A DNA stretch of 63,865 bases, filler included, from Licmophora abbreviata (Eukaryota): assembly GCA_900291995.1 (NCBI GenBank). It is 22 parts of 22 records of this genome, joined end to end, with 100 filler letters (N's around TTAATTAATTAA, not from the genome) between each part and the next. Parts side by side here need not be neighbours in the genome. Positions count along the whole stretch, not along the records: positions 1 to 8,514 come from OLMU01006161.1; positions 8,615 to 21,811 come from OLMU01006162.1; 20 more parts are not named here. The stretch is one strand, 5' to 3'. Shown here piece after piece: positions 1-11,673 of the stretch. Position numbers and translations under genes: made by a program. The notes below the pieces were generated by a model, which had not been told where the DNA came from, did not search any database, and saw nothing but the letters and a program-made list of their open reading frames with translations. The number at the start of each line of letters is the position of its first letter. The first letter of the stretch is position 1.

Positions 1-2666
1 AGGAGATACGAGGCATCAGGAGAGCACTTCTTAGCGACGCAACAGAAAGTGCAGTTCAAAGCGAGGTAACAGAGCGATGGGTTGGTAAATACGATCCGCC
101 AATGATTGGTAACTCGACCTTCTCCAATCATATGGACCCATTGACGCCGCTAAAACGGGAGGGTTTCACGGTTGTTGCGCATGAGCACTTCCCATGTATG
201 TACGATTCTTCTGAAGACCTGCACGTATATGGAATGATGGCGGCGTTGCGCGAAGCAGGGCATCGAGTTCTTCCAGTGTTTGGAAGTCTGACATCGTGCG
301 TTGGCGTTGACGAAAGCAAAGCGTTACTCGACCTTGGAATCGATGTTGTATACGTGATTGATCCTGTCCAAAATGCAGATGCCCAGGACGGTCGTCTTGG
401 TATTTTCTTCGTGGAGCTGATCGACATGCCCAGCTTGACTTTCGAGCTGATCGATCTTGTGTTCGCCACGCTTGTCATTGACTTCATGAGTCAGGAGCAA
501 AATGATCTTCCGCTTCTGGCCGAGCGGCTGCGGTACGTTGTTGGGCCAGATGTCGACTTCGTTCTGGTGACTTTCGGTGCCAGCTGGCTCCTCGAAAAGG
601 AATGGGACGCATACCGTCGTGTTGGGCTTCTACACATTGATCATCTGTGCCAAGTAGGAGTCATGGGCGGTGTGGGAATGGAACTTCTAGAGGCGCTTAC
701 GGACACGCCAATGTCGTCCATGTCCAACATCAATTTGTTTCTACCGCACGAAAGAGACTTTTCGATGGCAGCAGGAGGAGGCATTGTCTATACCGGATCC
801 GATACGGAGTCGATGTTCTGGTTCTTGAAGGCTTGGCAGTCGAGTCCAGATAGCGATGGCAGCCGCTCAATTGTTAAAGAGCATGAACGGACCCGGTTGT
901 TTCTGGTTGGCAATGAAGCCCTCGACAACTTGGAGAGCATAGCAGACTTGGCTATGAAGGCTGGGCTGTATCCAATACTGAGCGCTGATCTCTCTTTGTT
1001 AGAAATGAGTTCTCAAGGGACCCCGTTGGTCCTCATTAATCCAGTTCCAAGACCAGAGTTGGTGAGCGATCTACAGTTGGCGACGAGCGTCGAGATGATA
1101 AGCTCTGGTTTGACCATGGTGAGCACATCGCCAGGTGTGAACGCCTTGCTCCAGGAACTTGGCGCCGCCATCGACCTTCCCTCCATGGTGATATGTGATG
1201 ACCCTGTGGAATTTGCCGAAACTGTCCGCTCGTTAACGAAGAAAACCCAAATGCCACTCGCGAACCAACTCAGCACCAAGACTCTCTCTCGGGATCTGAA
1301 TCGCGTTTTTGAGTCTTTGAAAGAGCAGAAGAGCCGACGCGGCAACGATGAAAGCAGGAAGGCGATCCAGCCCGATGCTGCAAATCTTACCAAGCCAAAT
1401 CTGGCCTTGAGTCGCTATGCAATGGAAGTAGCAAAGGAAGCCGACCTCGTTGCTGTACTACGCGACAAGTTCACAAGCACGGAAGATGTAGTAGACAAAT
1501 CGGCCTCGGAGTGGAGTTTGCAAGTGACGCCATCAATTTCAGTGTTGAAAGAACCAGTAACGCTGTATGCTTCGATAGGCCCACGTATTCCGATGCTTGT
1601 GGAGGCTTTCCTTGACGGCCACCTGCTGACTCTGTCGTGGGAAGTTCGATTCCCGATTCGTCTGATACCTCAGGACCTACTGCCGGGCGCTCACGTGCTT
1701 GAATTGCGTGTGATGGACTGGACGGGTGAGACTGTGCATACTTGCAAAGTGAATTTCTCCAGCTCCACCTATCCGTTCCTCTCGCCCGTATCTCCGTTCT
1801 TTGATAATCGCACTCTTGCGGAGGCTGACGTGCTCATACATCCGCAGTCCTCCTTGTTGGTTCGAACGCTATTGAGTCAGAGTACGGGGTCCGCAAAGCG
1901 TGACCGGGAGCTCGACCAGAAGGATCCAGCAATATCAGCTGGGGCATCGATTTTCAGATTCGACGCAGACTCTTACTCGGCTGAGATGGCAACCGCCAAT
2001 GCTGGTGCGGAGCTGTCACATGTGTTTGTTCGCGGGGACATCAACCGAACGGAACGTGTCATTGTGGCCCCCTTGCCATCCATTAACACATGGGAGACAG
2101 AAGTCAAGATTCCTCGTCTTGCTCTGCTGGAGAAACACACCGATAAGATGTGGTTTTTCAACAAATTGAGTCTACTAAAGCAAAATCGCGGTTTGACGAG
2201 TTGGGAAGCGGAGGAGGTGCTGATCGTAGAGAATCAGAGTGAGACAATTGGCTACATTGAGAGAGAAGCACCTCAACTATTGCCGCTGGGTCTAATTGGA
2301 CTCGATGAAGTGGGCAAGTATTCTTCGGTGCAGCATGCGATTTGCCTAAGTGTGCATCACGAGAAAGCAGGAGTGCTGCCCGTTGGCACTCATTTTCAGT
2401 TCCTGGCTGATAGCCCGCTCATAAAGTACGTATCGTCTGAGCCATTGGCAGTGTCGGACGCCATCGAACGATATGGCTTGGTTGTGTGCGAGCACCATCA
2501 GCATCCGGACAAGGAGGCTGTATTCGTTTACTTCGAGCAGCGTCGAGGCTACGACGATGACGCCTGGCACAATCTTGTACTACTAGACAAGATGAGTCGA
2601 TTCTTCCCGGCTTTTCCGTGGCATCGTCTGCGTGCCACAACACTTGACTTCGCTCGACCACAGTGA
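1..2666 (+). CDS. Large protein, probably 5'-truncated, with a degenerate GT-B/GT4-like glycosyltransferase region, an Ig-like segment and an unknown C-terminal domain
   Basis: The frame is open from nt 3, upstream of the listed ATG at 102. GGGIVYTG..FWFL..LFLVG..LINP..VEMISSGLTMVST..DDPVEFAETVRSL follows the GT4 C-terminal pattern. LLPGAHVLELRVMD looks Ig-like. Confidence 0.45.
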   Translation, partial: EIRGIRRALLSDATESAVQSEVTERWVGKYDPPMIGNSTFSNHMDPLTPLKREGFTVVAHEHFPCMYDSSEDLHVYGMMAALREAGHRVLPVFGSLTSCVGVDESKALLDLGIDVVYVIDPVQNADAQDGRLGIFFVELIDMPSLTFELIDLVFATLVIDFMSQEQNDLPLLAERLRYVVGPDVDFVLVTFGASWLLEKEWDAYRRVGLLHIDHLCQVGVMGGVGMELLEALTDTPMSSMSNINLFLPHERDFSMAAGGGIVYTGSDTESMFWFLKAWQSSPDSDGSRSIVKEHERTRLFLVGNEALDNLESIADLAMKAGLYPILSADLSLLEMSSQGTPLVLINPVPRPELVSDLQLATSVEMISSGLTMVSTSPGVNALLQELGAAIDLPSMVICDDPVEFAETVRSLTKKTQMPLANQLSTKTLSRDLNRVFESLKEQKSRRGNDESRKAIQPDAANLTKPNLALSRYAMEVAKEADLVAVLRDKFTSTEDVVDKSASEWSLQVTPSISVLKEPVTLYASIGPRIPMLVEAFLDGHLLTLSWEVRFPIRLIPQDLLPGAHVLELRVMDWTGETVHTCKVNFSSSTYPFLSPVSPFFDNRTLAEADVLIHPQSSLLVRTLLSQSTGSAKRDRELDQKDPAISAGASIFRFDADSYSAEMATANAGAELSHVFVRGDINRTERVIVAPLPSINTWETEVKIPRLALLEKHTDKMWFFNKLSLLKQNRGLTSWEAEEVLIVENQSETIGYIEREAPQLLPLGLIGLDEVGKYSSVQHAICLSVHHEKAGVLPVGTHFQFLADSPLIKYVSSEPLAVSDAIERYGLVVCEHHQHPDKEAVFVYFEQRRGYDDDAWHNLVLLDKMSRFFPAFPWHRLRATTLDFARPQ

Positions 2667-3450
2667 GTCTTATAGTCTACATTCAATTGCTCGGAGGGTG
2701 GCAGACTACACATTGGAAAGTAAAAGGAAATCTGCTTTACTCTAGTCTTGTAGGATAGCTTGTGATGAGCGACATGAGGATGATCGATGCTGGTGCAATG
2801 GTACCTGCAAGACCCAATCTCAGGTTTGCAATTCTCTTGGTGTTCGCGGATTCTTTGTTGGGAATCACTAACCCGACCCATGTAGAATGGTCGATCCGAC
2901 CTGGATTCTTCGCCATATCGCGTATGACTTAGATAGCAAGCAGGAAACCTTGATACGCTCCTAGTATTCTCTACTGGTCGACCAGGCGTAGTCTACCGGG
3001 ACGAGGCATGGAAAAAAAATTGGCTGCGGCGAAGGCTCTACAGCGTACCAACATTCAAGAGACCAATCGAAAATGAGTGAGAACGATAGGAACAGACAAC
3101 CCGAACATGGATGAACACAAAACGTACTACTTTAGAGGACTTGTTTCCCCTTTCATATTACCGAAACGCGCTGTGGAGAATGATAGCTAAGACTTAGACT
3201 ACTACGAGTACTCGGGAGTACTCGGAGTACGAAATACGAGTATACCTGGTTCCAGCCTGTTTTATAGGTCTGCGAGGTCGTGGTCCAGCAAAAACATTCA
3301 TTAGTCATCTTTCCGGCGGCGACGAGACGAGAGAGCAACGAGATGACGACGCCGAGCGCGACTTCACAGACCCAATCGTCGTAGTGTCGGTGACTGCCTT
3401 GCTTTCTGTGTCTTATCCGTACAGTATCAGACACACCATCGACCGGTACG

Positions 3451-4314
3451 ATGTCGAAGACCGTTCCTCGTCGCCGTAAGCAGCCAACGGAAGAGGGTAG
3501 TTTCACAGCGGCGCTCCTTTCATCGTCCGATGCCGTCTTGCGTGCTCCAGAAGACAAAGTTCACGCATCACCGAACAATAGGAAGACTTCACGCTTCATT
3601 TACCTTCTTGCAGTGATCTCTTGGATGTTACTTTCGGTTGGCGTCATTCTCATTGGAGCTGAATTCGAGCAACGCCATATTCTGGAACGAACCAAGGTGG
3701 CATCGTCGACTATGGAATTGTACACGGGCGACTCGAGGGTCTGTGCGGGGAACGCGGCGGGGGGATCGTCAAAGTCTTCCTTTCGAACCTACAGTTCTGC
3801 CGATGTCGTACCATCTTCCGAGACTATCGTTCACTGTGGAGCTTGTTCGCAGTGCAGTTCCATGCATGACATGTCCATTTATGCGGGAACTACCAAAACT
3901 CTCACGGACGGCGCCACCTGGTGTAGTACCAAGGGATTTCTCACCTCCCTTTTTCTTTGGCGAGGCCTCGACGTCTATCGAAGGACTGCTTCCGAATGTT
4001 TGAAAGAATCAGTCGGCTTTACGGAACCCTGTCAAGAGTGTTGGTTGGACGATATGGAATGTAGTATCCAACAGTGTATCTTTACGTGCTTGAAGAGTGT
4101 CTACTTGCTACGCGAGTTCAAAAACAAGGCAGACGGGTCGCTTAACAAGTGCTTGGAGTGTGATGAAAAACTTTGTGGGCCTGACTTTTTGAAATGCAGT
4201 GGAAGCAATCGACGGCGGCAGGGGATTCAATCGGATATTGCACGCGACGGAGCCGAGATTTGTACGTCCGTAACGTGGGATTGGAAGAAGCATGATGGTC
4301 ACCACGGTGGTTAG
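3451..4314 (+). CDS. Type II membrane protein with a Cys-rich luminal domain, function unknown
   Basis: 287-aa ORF with one TM (FIYLLAVISWMLLSVGVILIG), then HCGACSQCS, CQECW, CIFTC, CLECDEKLCG and CSGSNRRRQGIQSDI. Confidence 0.7.
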   Translation: MSKTVPRRRKQPTEEGSFTAALLSSSDAVLRAPEDKVHASPNNRKTSRFIYLLAVISWMLLSVGVILIGAEFEQRHILERTKVASSTMELYTGDSRVCAGNAAGGSSKSSFRTYSSADVVPSSETIVHCGACSQCSSMHDMSIYAGTTKTLTDGATWCSTKGFLTSLFLWRGLDVYRRTASECLKESVGFTEPCQECWLDDMECSIQQCIFTCLKSVYLLREFKNKADGSLNKCLECDEKLCGPDFLKCSGSNRRRQGIQSDIARDGAEICTSVTWDWKKHDGHHGG

Positions 4315-4601
4315 ACTGTGAAGACATTACAAGCATGTTGTGGCACTACTACGTGTAATGTGCTACTACCCTGGTACTGCTAAAGAGAGACGTAGACACT
4401 AGGACGAAATCGACTCTACGAGCAAGTATAGATGGGACAGGGACGCTATCGCTAACCATCAATTCTACTTCTCTACCTCTAGACTACGATCCTCCTTCCT
4501 CCATCAAACCTTTCCATCTCTCAGACATGCTCTCCCACGAATCTCTCCGTTTCGACATTTTGTTTCCCCCCCTGCGTACCTCCCACACATAACTACGCAC
4601 T

Positions 4602-5842
<1,241 letters not shown>

Positions 5843-6447
5843 TGTGTGGCTGCGCGCATGAATTGACCCACCCGCTTGCGCAGGATGAATCCCATTTCGA
5901 TTGCTGTACGATCCGATCTCACTTTCCCCGAGTCTTGCTCTCTCTCTCTCTCTTTGTATGTATACTCACATGGTAGATCTTTTGGCTTGAGAACTTGAAG
6001 TAGACTAGAAGTCTAGAGATTTCGACGGCGAAAGATGAGAATGCAAACGGCTTTTTTGTGAGGTGCAGACGGCGTGTTCCCAACCGCTCGAAAGATTGCA
6101 ATGATTGTTTAACAGTTAAGGTGAATTTTGATATGAGTAATACAAGAAACGAGGTCCTTTGGATGAGATCCAAGGAGCCAATCGAGACGGTTAAGTCCGG
6201 TTGGCAAAATGTTCTCTAGATCCAAAAGATCGCGTTGTACTATAGATTTCGTGTAGGTTCTACCTACGTACACTTTGGTACTAGAATGTCTCACCAGCAA
6301 TCGGAAGAAAGATCGAGACCGGTAGATTGATTCGAAGCCCTCAATCTGAGGGTCGTTCTTTTAACGACTGCAGACAAACCACGAGCATGAGCAAGCCGAA
6401 GACGACGATAACGAAAATCAACAAGCAACAACGAGCAACAGGCAGCT

Positions 6448-7143
6448 ATGATTTCTCCCGCCCCCCAGAAGAAGACGAAAATAATGACCTCGACGGCCGA
6501 AGCGCCCGACAATGAATGGCCCGAAGCCTGGCTCATGGTGGACGAGGAAAAACCTCAAGGCGATCTTCCTACCAGCGCACCCTACAAGGACCAGTGTGCC
6601 GAAAATCGACGCGATCCCAACGTTCCCGTCGCGGTCGAGGATATGCGCAAACTCGGTATCCACTATTGGAAGATGGATGCCGACTCGTACGAGTATCCGG
6701 TCAAATCAGTGCCGTGGGACCCCAAGGACGCCGTCGACCCCAAATTGAAACAGCTTCGCGACGAACGAGGCTACTCCTATGCCGATATCATTACCATCCA
6801 TCCCGATCATCTTCCCGAGTACGAGAAGAAACTCAAAATGTTCTTTGAGGAACACATTCATGATGCGGAAGAGATTCGGTTCGTCCTCGGAGGCAGTGGC
6901 TACTTTGACGTTCGCGATTTGAACGACGAGTGGGTCAGGATGCTGGTGAAAAAGGGTGATTTGCTCAGCATTCCGGAAGGAATCTACCATCGTTTCACCT
7001 GCGATCACAACAATATCATTCATGCCATGCGCTTGTTTGTGGGGCATCCCATCTGGACTCCCTTCAACAGGCCTTCAGAGGACCACCCGTCGCGAAAGAA
7101 GTATGTCGAGCAATACCAGGATGAGAAGAAGGAACTAGAGTGA
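6448..7143 (+). CDS. ADI1: Acireductone dioxygenase (ARD/ARD', methionine salvage)
   Basis: Cupin metal motifs FFEEHIHDAEEIRFVLGGSGYFDVRD and GIYHRFT, plus AMRLF..PIWTP. Confidence 0.93.
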   Translation: MISPAPQKKTKIMTSTAEAPDNEWPEAWLMVDEEKPQGDLPTSAPYKDQCAENRRDPNVPVAVEDMRKLGIHYWKMDADSYEYPVKSVPWDPKDAVDPKLKQLRDERGYSYADIITIHPDHLPEYEKKLKMFFEEHIHDAEEIRFVLGGSGYFDVRDLNDEWVRMLVKKGDLLSIPEGIYHRFTCDHNNIIHAMRLFVGHPIWTPFNRPSEDHPSRKKYVEQYQDEKKELE

Positions 7144-7350
7144 TGGATGGGTGTATGTAATTCTTGTGAAGACGCCTTAATGAAAGTGCAAAGTCATTTG
7201 CTCTTAGCATGCACGATAACCGGAGAATCGTACGTTTGTACGTATATCAAAACCAGTTGTCTTTTTTTAGAGCTACCTGGCAAGCGAGAACGAATCAATC
7301 GCTCTTGCCGTCATCGCTTTCTTTCTGCCGATTGACTTCATAGTATTCTT

Positions 7351-7930
7351 TTATTGCACCACTTGCACTTCATATGTATGAAAGTGCATTAGAAATGCGA
7401 CTGGCGGGTCATACTCGTCGGCATATTGTCCAGGCGCAAACTTGACTTGAATTGGAGTCTGAGCGCTAATGTCTTCCACAGAGTATACTTTCGTCACGAC
7501 TCCCATGATGCCTGAAGGAATCAAGAGGTGCTTGTTGTTGCTGCTCCTTGATGGCGTATCATCATCATCATCATCAGCATGGATGGAGGCAGCAGCGGCA
7601 ATAAACTGTTTGGTGTCTTCATCGAACGCACCAAAGCCTTTTGGAGGTACCTGGTAGGCTTTGAGGCCCTCCTTAGCAACCACTTTCACTACACAGCCAA
7701 CGGTTATCTCCTTGTCATTGATGTCTGTTTGTTGGACCATACTGAGATGATGATGATGATGATGATGGACCTCGACGACTGCGCGGATGACTATGACTTC
7801 TAGTAGTACCAACCGCAGATCCCACCATCGTGTGGCTGCCTAAACTCGATATGACGGAGAAGGCGGAGCTCGTATCGCATCTGAGCAGTATGAGTAGCAG
7901 GGCGGCCTGCATTGCGATCCAGGCAACCAT
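7351..7930 (-). CDS. Ferredoxin-thioredoxin reductase variable subunit-like protein, plastid-targeted, with an apparent frameshift near 7745-7770
   Basis: The mature part VGCVVKV..GIMGVV..ISAQTPIQVKF..FLMHFHTYEV resembles FTR-V (ISANLPVLVKF..FKAHFRPDEV). A signal peptide with SSAF (MVAWIAMQAALLLILLRCDTSSAF) lies upstream in another frame. Confidence 0.65.
7745..7767. repeat. (GAT)n trinucleotide microsatellite
   Basis: gatgatgatgatgatgatgatg read directly. Confidence 0.85.
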
Positions 7931-8244
7931 GGGTAGAAGAGTGATGAACTTGCGACTTTTTGTATTGGATTGCGTCATGTATGTGGTCGTCGTAAGTCGA
8001 GGGAATCTAAAAAAATGCAATGAAACAGAGTCGTCTGCAGTCAGAGGATTCAGTTGTGACTGTAGTGAGTTGCAAACTCGTCTTGCGCCGATGACTGTGA
8101 TGCAGTTGTTGTCTTGCCCGCGGCGCTGTCTTCCGATCTTCCGATTTAGATGTTGTGTCGCAAACAAAATCTCGAAATTGAGAAAAGAGTGATGATGGAG
8201 GGGAACACGTACTCGTGTCTCATAACCTCATCAGAAAAATACTT

Positions 8245-8374
8245 CCACGTGGAGCTTATGCAAAAACTGAAAAACTGTATGATCACGGACACCGGCCAGA
8301 GCATACAGTGACGTCGCGTGGACAAAAGGCGACAAAAAATCAAAAATCATAAAATCATCCCACAAAACTGACGT
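8245..8374. promoter_or_regulatory. Candidate bZIP-type elements in a divergent promoter: G-box CCACGTGG and two TGACGT
   Basis: CCACGTGG at 8245-8252 and TGACGT at 8309-8314 and 8369-8374, between two head-to-head plastid-protein genes. Confidence 0.3.
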
Positions 8375-8382
8375 CCGCGACC

Positions 8383-9462
8383 ATGATGCGACGAACAGCC
8401 TCTCTCGCTTTCTTGCTTCTCATTGTTGGGGGTCCCGTGATCGATGCATTCGGCAGCTTCACTAGTGTAATCAGTCGATCCCGGTGGCTTCTGCGGATGT
8501 CGTTCGACCCTTCGNNNNNNNNNNNNNNNNNNNNNNNNNNNNNNNNNNNNNNNNNNNNTTAATTAATTAANNNNNNNNNNNNNNNNNNNNNNNNNNNNNN
8601 NNNNNNNNNNNNNNCTGATGATGCGGAGCACTCGCCTAGATGATGCTATTTTTACTAGGAGCAGTAATAGTGGTGCACAAGATCCGACAGCAGTCCGAAC
8701 GGCGTCTCTGGCACCGAGATTCTTTCGACTGCGCAATGATATTTCGAGAGTCGCTGCGGGAATGCTACTAGTCGTATCATCGCTCGTCACGCCCTTATCC
8801 TCCGCACGAGCGGATGAGTATGGCATCGAGGTCGAGGCCCCCACGCTCTTTACAGGCGAAAGTGTCATGGTACGTTCGTTGTAGTGGTGGAGAAACTGTG
8901 CAAGAAATGATACCGTACCTGGTCTCTTCGTATTACTGACAAACATTCTTCTTCTTCTATCGCCGGACAGATCTGCAAAAAGCGCGGTCCCCTCGGTGCA
9001 TGTATCGAGACTGCGGTACGAACTGAAGCAAACGACAATGATCAGGCCAAAAAGTACTTTCGGGATCCTCCTGTATCTGGAAAAGAGAGTCTCCAATCGT
9101 CGCAGAAACAACAGCAATCGGAAGCGGACGCCGGCAACGCTCTCATTGCCAAATTACGACAGCAGACCGAAGACAATCGGGAACAGAATGACTTGATTGT
9201 ACGACAAAAGACTTTATTGAATGATCAATCGGCGTCCTTTGGACCCTTTGACAAACAAGTGGTCATCTTGAATACCGATGGCAAGACCTTTACGCTGTTG
9301 CAGAATCCGCAAGCGATGCGGTTGAAACAAGCGGGATTCATCCAAGATCGCAAGTTTGTCAAACAGCCGACGAGTGCCGAACTGGAGGAGGCCATGAGTG
9401 CGGGTGAGGATGGTGGAGGCATAGGCGGTGCGATTCAAGGACTCTTTGGAGGTGGGTCCTGA
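8383..9462 (+). CDS. Uncharacterised plastid protein, probably thylakoid-lumen; spans a gap and has one intron (8870-8970)
   Basis: Signal peptide MMRRTASLAFLLLIVGGPVIDAF. After the gap, a hydrophobic stretch ends in ARA-DEYG. The spliced exon reads ICKKRGPLGACIET..NDQSASFGPF..stop at 9462. Confidence 0.7.
8515..8614. other. Artificial scaffold spacer N44-TTAATTAATTAA-N44, first of 21. The others start at 21812, 24340, 25629, 27304, 28951, 30350, 32826, 34193, 36622, 38719, 41017, 42551, 45699, 48588, 50561, 53302, 55035, 56554, 58145 and 61299.
   Basis: Identical 100-nt blocks with a six-frame stop linker. Confidence 0.97.
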
Positions 9463-9652
9463 GATCGTGTCAGTGGCTAGAGTAGATGTTTCCACATATT
9501 GGAATGTTATGGGTTGCTAGTTGTGCTAGATTCATTCGCTGCTACCAGACAGCCGTACGAGCCTAGTGCTGATTATACTCGTGGAAGCCGTGGAAGCTCT
9601 CCCTCGAGACAACCACAATCAATACTAGGTTACCTCTTCTCTATCGGCCATG

Positions 9653-11165
9653 TCACGAGTCTGACTTGGGCCATCGCGAAGGCGGATCCCACTTCAAGTA
9701 GTCCGGATTGCACAAACGAAACTTCTTGTTTTGCGACAAGTAGTCCTCAAGAATGTCTTGCTTGACGTACACAACGTGTTGTCCTTTCCAGCATTTGATC
9801 ATGTCCAGCGATTGCAGCGTCGAGATGATATCCTCCGTCTTGATGCCCGTAATGTATGACATGTCCTTGATACTAAGGCTTTCTGGTTTCTTCTTGTTTT
9901 GACTCTTGCCCGAGAGGAGGTGCATCAAAACGTACGTCCAATACGACCGATAGCTGATCTTCCCGAGATCGCTTAGAGGCTTCTCAGGCGACCCTGTCGT
10001 TTCTTCTCGCTTGGTGAGCTCGTAGCTGAGCGAAATGATGAACTTGCCGTATCCCAGTTGTTGATACTGCGGAAAGCAGAGGATGCACGCGAGATTGTAG
10101 TCTTCCGCTGATACTTTTTCTGTAACGAATTTAGTAGAGAAATAGCAGGAGCAGTCGAGCAAATGATTGAATCAGAAGTTCCTCTTAATCTTCCCTTTTT
10201 CAGGTTCTAATCCACTCACCCTTGCTAAAGTATCCGACCAAGTGGCTTCCATACTCGTCTACTTGGCAGACAATGTAGAATAGAAACGGGTCAACATCGT
10301 AGTACAAGGTCTTGTGATCCAGAAAGAGCTTGGCCAAGAGACACAAGTTCTGACAATACACGCGAGCCTCCTTGCCATCCACCTCGTAGACACTGACGTT
10401 GTCGTGACGATAAATCTCCGTTCCCGGTGGACGTCTCTTTGGACACGTACTGCGGTGATAGGAAAAGGTTCGCGAATGCTTCATGTATTTCAAGCAGTAT
10501 TCACACACGTACAAAATCTCGCTTTGTGCATAGTCCGCTGGATATGGTGAGTAGTACCACGATTCCACTAGCCATCCTCCCATGTAAATCTTTTCAATGT
10601 TCTTCACTCTAGTCACCTCTTCATGTTCCTTTTCCAATTGAGCAAGCGTGGGGTCACCGGAGGCGTGCCAGTTACCACCCGTCAAGCGAAACGCGGAAGG
10701 ATTGGAAGCGACGCCATCAGAATCTTGTTTCTGGTCCGGGGCGATGGCCGCGGCCGGACCGGTCTTGGCCGGCAACGAGCCGCGCCGACGACGGCGTACG
10801 GCGTTCGCACCACCGCCCTCTGCCTCGTCGTCCTCCTCACTGTTGGGGTCCTTTTCGCCCTTGACCAACGTCTCCAGGATGAACTTCTCTTTCGATATCC
10901 ACTCATCCAATCGGCGGTCGTGATGCACGTAGTGCACGTAGTACTCGTTTTCCTCCTCGATTGTTTCGTCCTTTTCGGCCGAATCTGCTGGTTTCTTTTT
11001 GAGACTTTCGTCTGTGGACAATGCCGCACTCTTGCGTTTCTTGATGGGACGCGTTTCGATGATGACGGCCTCCAGTGTTTGAGATCCGTCCCGCCACAAA
11101 ACCTGGCACCGATCACCTGTTTCGAGAGTTACGAGCGGCACTGTGGTTTCTTTAGAAGCCTCCAT
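9653..11165 (-). CDS. MYST-family histone acetyltransferase (Esa1/Tip60/MOF-like), intron 10219-10120
   Basis: Tudor-knot YYVHY..DRRLDEW, C2HC finger CEYCLKY..H...C, CQNLCLLAKLFLDHKTLYYDVDPF, YNLACIL..PQYQQLGYG and GSPEKPLSDLG. Confidence 0.95.
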
Positions 11166-11673
11166 AGCGAATACAGATTACAGCAAAGAAGACGAAGGCA
11201 ACGGGGACGTCTAGGCGATCGGGGCGACGTCAATCAAGGCTGTTCGAGGCCATGAGTGCACTGAACACGTGAACACGGGGTGCTGTCGGTTGTGGGCGGT
11301 TGATTTTTCGAGCCACAAGATTGTCAGAGGCTTTTATGTATTTGAAGTCGATAATGGCGTAGCGAAACTGATACAGTTCCAATCTTTAATACTATAGTTA
11401 TAACTTTGAATATATAAACGCGTCTTTCTTTATTGAGTCACTCACACAGCAGGAATGTATATTACAAATGTATACGACAATGAAGCCCCCTTAAATTATA
11501 ACGATCGTGATGTGGGATTGAAATGCAGATGATCGTGGCAAGGAAAGGAACAAACTGCAAAAAGTGAGTTGGTACTCGTGATTGCCATGGTACTGCAACC
11601 ATTCATCGTATTTTGATCCGGATTGTGGTCAAGCAGCAGTCTACTTTCCGCGTTTGACCAGATACCATTCCCG

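Noticed and set aside
7715..7812. Poly-His (HHHHHHH) or poly-Met ORFs as metal-binding peptides
   Set aside because: They are alternative-frame readings of a (TCA)n microsatellite that most plausibly encodes poly-Ser in a transit peptide.
10623..11255. Long antisense ORFs (for example 10623-11255, 23614-24279, 34245-34868, 49778-50545, 59066-59557)
   Set aside because: They are shadows of well-supported genes on the opposite strand and have no motifs of their own.
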